This document shows, one piece after another, positions 42,086 through 45,070 of a DNA stretch of 45,070 nt. Below the pieces are notes generated by a model, which had not been told where the DNA came from, did no database searches, and was given only the letters and a program-made list of their open reading frames with translations. The position numbers and the translations under genes are program-made. Origin of the DNA: Candidatus Thalassarchaeaceae archaeon (GTDB lineage: Archaea; Thermoplasmatota; Poseidoniia; Poseidoniales; Thalassarchaeaceae); the NCBI GenBank assembly GCA_013329905.1, contig DUJH01000016.1, forward strand, positions 22,192-67,261, written 5' to 3'. How positions within the stretch are numbered: the first letter of the stretch is position 1; each line of letters starts with the position of its first letter.

Positions 42086-44140
42086 TCACGAACCTCCTGA
42101 AATTCCCAAACCTGGTATTCGCGACCAGTCCTCAAGGCGCCTCAACAGCATCGCTAGAGTCCAAGTCACGACAAAGTAGGATATCATCACCAAGCCCCAT
42201 GCTGAGAAGATCTGGAAGGTGGTCGCTACCATCAGCTTACCTTGTCGGGAGAGTTCAGAATATCCGATGACCATCGCTAGAGACGAATTCAACACTAGAT
42301 TGACCATTTCATTCCCAATAGGTGGAATACAGATTCTAATCGCCTGTGGCATAATTATCAACTTCATTGTTCCAATATATGTCAATCCAATACTCCGCCC
42401 TGCTTCCATCTGACCACTTGGAATAGCCGCAATTGCCCCTCGGATTGTCTCACACTGGTATGCGCCAGAGTTGAGTCCGAGCGTGAAAATTGCACTCAGG
42501 AAAGTCCGATCTCCATAGAAGAAGTAGTCGAGGCCGTCCAAACCAGCATCTCCGAATGCCCCCTCGAAGATTTGCTGCAATCTCATCCCCAAACTTAAGC
42601 CGAAGTGGATGAAGAAGAATTGGACAATCAAAGGAGTATTCCTAAAGAAATCGGTGTAGACCGTCGCGAGGGTGTTTAGTGGGCGTACCTTGAATAGAGG
42701 CCCAGAGAGTTTCAAATCCGCAAGACTGAATTGAATTCCCAAGGCCAACAAACCGATTCCGAGTGCAAACATTGCGAAACCTTCTGGGTCACCGACCGGT
42801 GTGAAGATGTACTCCAATCCCTCAAGGCCGAGGGCTCCGAATCTACTACCTCCCGTGTAAATGAGCACCACCGAAGTAACAGAGAGGACCCCTCCTATGC
42901 CTTTGACAATGGATAACTGAACGCCTTCGAAGAGATTCTTGAAAGAGGTTGGAGCGGTCTTCATCATCGCTAGAATAACTCCTATTAAGAAGCCGAACAG
43001 AATTCCGAAGAGGACTACCTTCACAGTGGCGATGAACCCACCTAGTAGCATCTCATCGGCGTATTCAACGAATTCACCGAAGTCATTGTAATCTGGAATC
43101 TCGAATCCAACGCGGTCGTTCTCACCCGCGGATTCGGTGTAGAGGATGACGCCTCCATCTCCAACGACGATTCCGGCCAAGTAATCGAACATGGCGTGAT
43201 CATTGAATGAAGTACTCACGCCTTCCGGCAGAATGTTATCCTCAACATTGAGTCCTTGATCAAGACTCAAACCGAGGAATCCATCTTCTCCTGCGAAGAG
43301 AATCTTGGATGATGAGACCACGTTTAGAGAGCTAAGTGATACTCCCAGAGATGTATTGTATCCCACCGATTCGATTTCCCTTAAATTCCACTCGTAGCCA
43401 CCGACAGAGGTGGAATAGAGAATTTGTCCAGAATCGCTGATAGCGAACATTCGGTATGGATTGAAGTATTCAATGGAGACTAGGGCAGAACCCTCTGCTC
43501 CGGATGGAGTTTCACGGTAATCCCATGACAAACCTCCATCGGTTGTTGCGAGAATCATGCCCTCGTCTCCGACGGCAAATCCATTCAAATCATCACGGAA
43601 AGAAACATCATTCAGATCTTTGTCAAAGACGCTGGTGCGCTCGGTCCAGGTCCCAGTTGAATACTCGAGAATGACGCCTGAATCTCCAACTAGCACCAGC
43701 GATTCGCTCCCAGTCACAGCCAGACTTCTCATGTCCGTACGACTAGAATCAAGAGTCTGCCAATCGGCATTCAGACCCTCCATAAGATAGACCAAACCAT
43801 CCGAGGCAAGAACTGCCATCGAATCCTCGGATGAATCGGCGGCGATTAGGTCGGAATCTCCCAGAGCCGCCTGAATCTCCCATGACAATCCTCCATCCTC
43901 ACTCAATAGAGCCGTTCCGGAATCTCCGAAGACCCAAACAGATTCACCATGAGTCACTGCCGCATTCAGATCCGCATCAGTTCCTGAATCGACGACTTGC
44001 CATCCCGTCTCGATACTCTGACCGACAGCGGGAGCAATCGAGACGACAAGAAAAATGGTGACGAGAAGAGCAACCCTCGACTTTTCATCGAGAGCCGACC
44101 AGGAGAATATCCTCTCTATGCCGGGACGTGTAGTCGTCAC
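42086..44140 (-). CDS. Fusion protein: signal-anchor, BNR/Ycf48-like beta-propeller ectodomain, then polar amino-acid (HisM/GlnP-type) ABC permease
   Basis: 684 aa. The TM anchor is VALLVTIFLVVSIAPAVG. Residues about 44-340 have blade-like repeats with Asp-box motifs SEDGGLSWE and TTDGGLSWD, plus degenerate copies. Residues about 365-684 carry the permease signatures YTDFFRNTPLIVQFFFIHFGL and the EAA loop EAGRSIGLTYIGTMKLIIMPQAIRICIPPIGNEMVNLVLNSSLAMVIGYSEL. Confidence 0.8.
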   Translation of the reverse strand: MTTTRPGIERIFSWSALDEKSRVALLVTIFLVVSIAPAVGQSIETGWQVVDSGTDADLNAAVTHGESVWVFGDSGTALLSEDGGLSWEIQAALGDSDLIAADSSEDSMAVLASDGLVYLMEGLNADWQTLDSSRTDMRSLAVTGSESLVLVGDSGVILEYSTGTWTERTSVFDKDLNDVSFRDDLNGFAVGDEGMILATTDGGLSWDYRETPSGAEGSALVSIEYFNPYRMFAISDSGQILYSTSVGGYEWNLREIESVGYNTSLGVSLSSLNVVSSSKILFAGEDGFLGLSLDQGLNVEDNILPEGVSTSFNDHAMFDYLAGIVVGDGGVILYTESAGENDRVGFEIPDYNDFGEFVEYADEMLLGGFIATVKVVLFGILFGFLIGVILAMMKTAPTSFKNLFEGVQLSIVKGIGGVLSVTSVVLIYTGGSRFGALGLEGLEYIFTPVGDPEGFAMFALGIGLLALGIQFSLADLKLSGPLFKVRPLNTLATVYTDFFRNTPLIVQFFFIHFGLSLGMRLQQIFEGAFGDAGLDGLDYFFYGDRTFLSAIFTLGLNSGAYQCETIRGAIAAIPSGQMEAGRSIGLTYIGTMKLIIMPQAIRICIPPIGNEMVNLVLNSSLAMVIGYSELSRQGKLMVATTFQIFSAWGLVMISYFVVTWTLAMLLRRLEDWSRIPGLGISGGS
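43121..44011 (-). other. BNR (Asp-box) beta-propeller ectodomain portion of the permease fusion
   Basis: S-x-D-x-G-x-[ST]-W motifs lie at residues 80-87 and 199-206. There are repeated G-D-x-G-x-I-L blade patterns (FGDSGTALLS, VGDSGVILEY, VGDEGMILAT, ISDSGQILYS, VGDGGVILYT). Confidence 0.7.
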
Positions 44141-44318
44141 AAGTCAGACGGGTCGAAGTCGGGATATAGACTCGACCCGCGTTGCATCGTACCTTTCACA
44201 CACGAGAGAAATTCTGCTCATGCGGGGCGTTAAAGACAGTCAAATTCCCAAATCTCACTTCTGAAAATGAATTTGAGCATCAGCAATGTTCATCGGCGGC
44301 TGGCGCGGCAGGGGCGAT

Positions 44319-45070
44319 ATGGGCGAGATGATTTACCATGGCAAAGTGAAACAGGTATGGAGTACGGATGATCCCGATGTCATCGAATTTCGCTATACTG
44401 ACCAAATATCAGTCTTCGACCAAATTATCCCAAGTTTAATTCCACGAAAGGGTGAATCCCTCAACCGCACTTCCTGTCATTGGTTCCAATTGGTTGAGGA
44501 AGCGGGAATCTGCGATACGCATGTAATCGAGATGAGCGCTCCGGACCGCGTGTTGGCACGACGCTTCGACGTGGTCCGAGAACCGGGTGCAATCGCAAAG
44601 GACAGAGAAAATGTGTTTGTTCCTCTTGAGGTCATTTGCAGGCATTATCTGGCTGGTAGTGGCTGGCGTAGGTATGCTCGTGGGGATGCGCCAGCAGAGG
44701 AGTTCGGCTTTGAGCCGGGCACAGAATTGAAGCAGGGTGTGAAGCTACCAAAGCCGTACCTTGAAGTTTCTACGAAGTTCGAGAAGTTCGACCGTTTGCT
44801 CGAACGCGAAGAGGCGTTGGAAATTTCGAATTTGACTGGGGAAGAATTCGATGCGATTCTCGACATTGCTGTCAAGGTCGATGAAATCATCGAGATCGAG
44901 GCTGGCGCACGTGGTCTGATTCACGTTGATGGGAAGAAGGAATTCGCTCTTGGCGCTGGCCGTGTACCGGTGCTTGTCGATTCATTCGGTACGCTGGATG
45001 AAGATCGTTGGTGGGATGCTGAGTCATACGCAAACGATGAGATTGTGCAATTGTCGAAGGAATTCGTTCG
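44319..45070 (+). CDS. purC: Phosphoribosylaminoimidazole-succinocarboxamide (SAICAR) synthase, N-terminal 250 aa (runs off the window)
   Basis: Hand translation gives MGEMIYHGKVKQVWSTDDPDVIEFRYTDQISVFDQIIPSLIPRKGESLNRTSCHWFQLVEEAGICDTHVI...LEVICRHYLAGS...LIHVDGKKEFAL, the PurC pattern (GK.K.vy, D..S.FD, KG..LN). Not in the ORF track because it has no stop. Confidence 0.85.
   Translation, partial: MGEMIYHGKVKQVWSTDDPDVIEFRYTDQISVFDQIIPSLIPRKGESLNRTSCHWFQLVEEAGICDTHVIEMSAPDRVLARRFDVVREPGAIAKDRENVFVPLEVICRHYLAGSGWRRYARGDAPAEEFGFEPGTELKQGVKLPKPYLEVSTKFEKFDRLLEREEALEISNLTGEEFDAILDIAVKVDEIIEIEAGARGLIHVDGKKEFALGAGRVPVLVDSFGTLDEDRWWDAESYANDEIVQLSKEFV

Overview
This is an archaeal chromosomal fragment, roughly 90% coding. 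I see no rRNA, CRISPR array, transposase or integrase. Archaeal origin is supported by an aRF1 release factor (NIKS and GGQ motifs), an archaeal-type UMP kinase, a NOG1-type GTPase, an XPD helicase, a DUF2116 zinc ribbon and a type-II tRNA-Leu. The gene content fits a heterotrophic marine Thermoplasmatota-like archaeon such as MGII/Poseidoniales: an anchored M28 peptidase, giant sequon-rich surface proteins, a bacterial-type GdhA and a lipoate-dependent 2-oxoacid dehydrogenase. That lineage call is inference only. Layout: (1) 1-9.8 kb holds housekeeping genes (partial Qor-like gene, 2Fe-2S ferredoxin, pterin carbinolamine dehydratase, NOG1 GTPase, small zinc-ribbon proteins, pyrH, aRF1-argS, peroxiredoxin, M28/PA peptidase). 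(2) 9.9-18.5 kb is one tightly packed minus-strand gene string: lipA, E1alpha, E1beta, E2, E3, lipB, class-V aminotransferase, ubiX. (3) 18.6-19.9 kb holds a translationally coupled FolM-like SDR and FolB/FolX-like pair plus tRNA-Leu(UAA). (4) 20.0-32.0 kb holds two very large surface-protein genes (980 aa and 2,979 aa). (5) 32.0-39.8 kb holds a minus-strand string (RHH regulator, 358-nt hairpin-dense spacer, 970-aa receiver/ATP-grasp protein, XPD-like helicase, 160-aa unknown) facing a divergent HD phosphohydrolase. (6) 39.9-45.07 kb holds gdhA, an ABC importer whose permease carries an N-terminal BNR beta-propeller ectodomain, and partial purC. The best candidates for undescribed biology are the giant ORF, the propeller-permease fusion with no binding protein nearby, and the hairpin-dense spacer with the receiver/ATP-grasp/XPD neighbourhood. 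The giant ORF embeds a TgpA-like transglutaminase-fold, TM and DUF4129 module, with non-canonical catalytic positions, in an adhesin-scale ectodomain. All family assignments come from motif recognition by eye, not from database searches.
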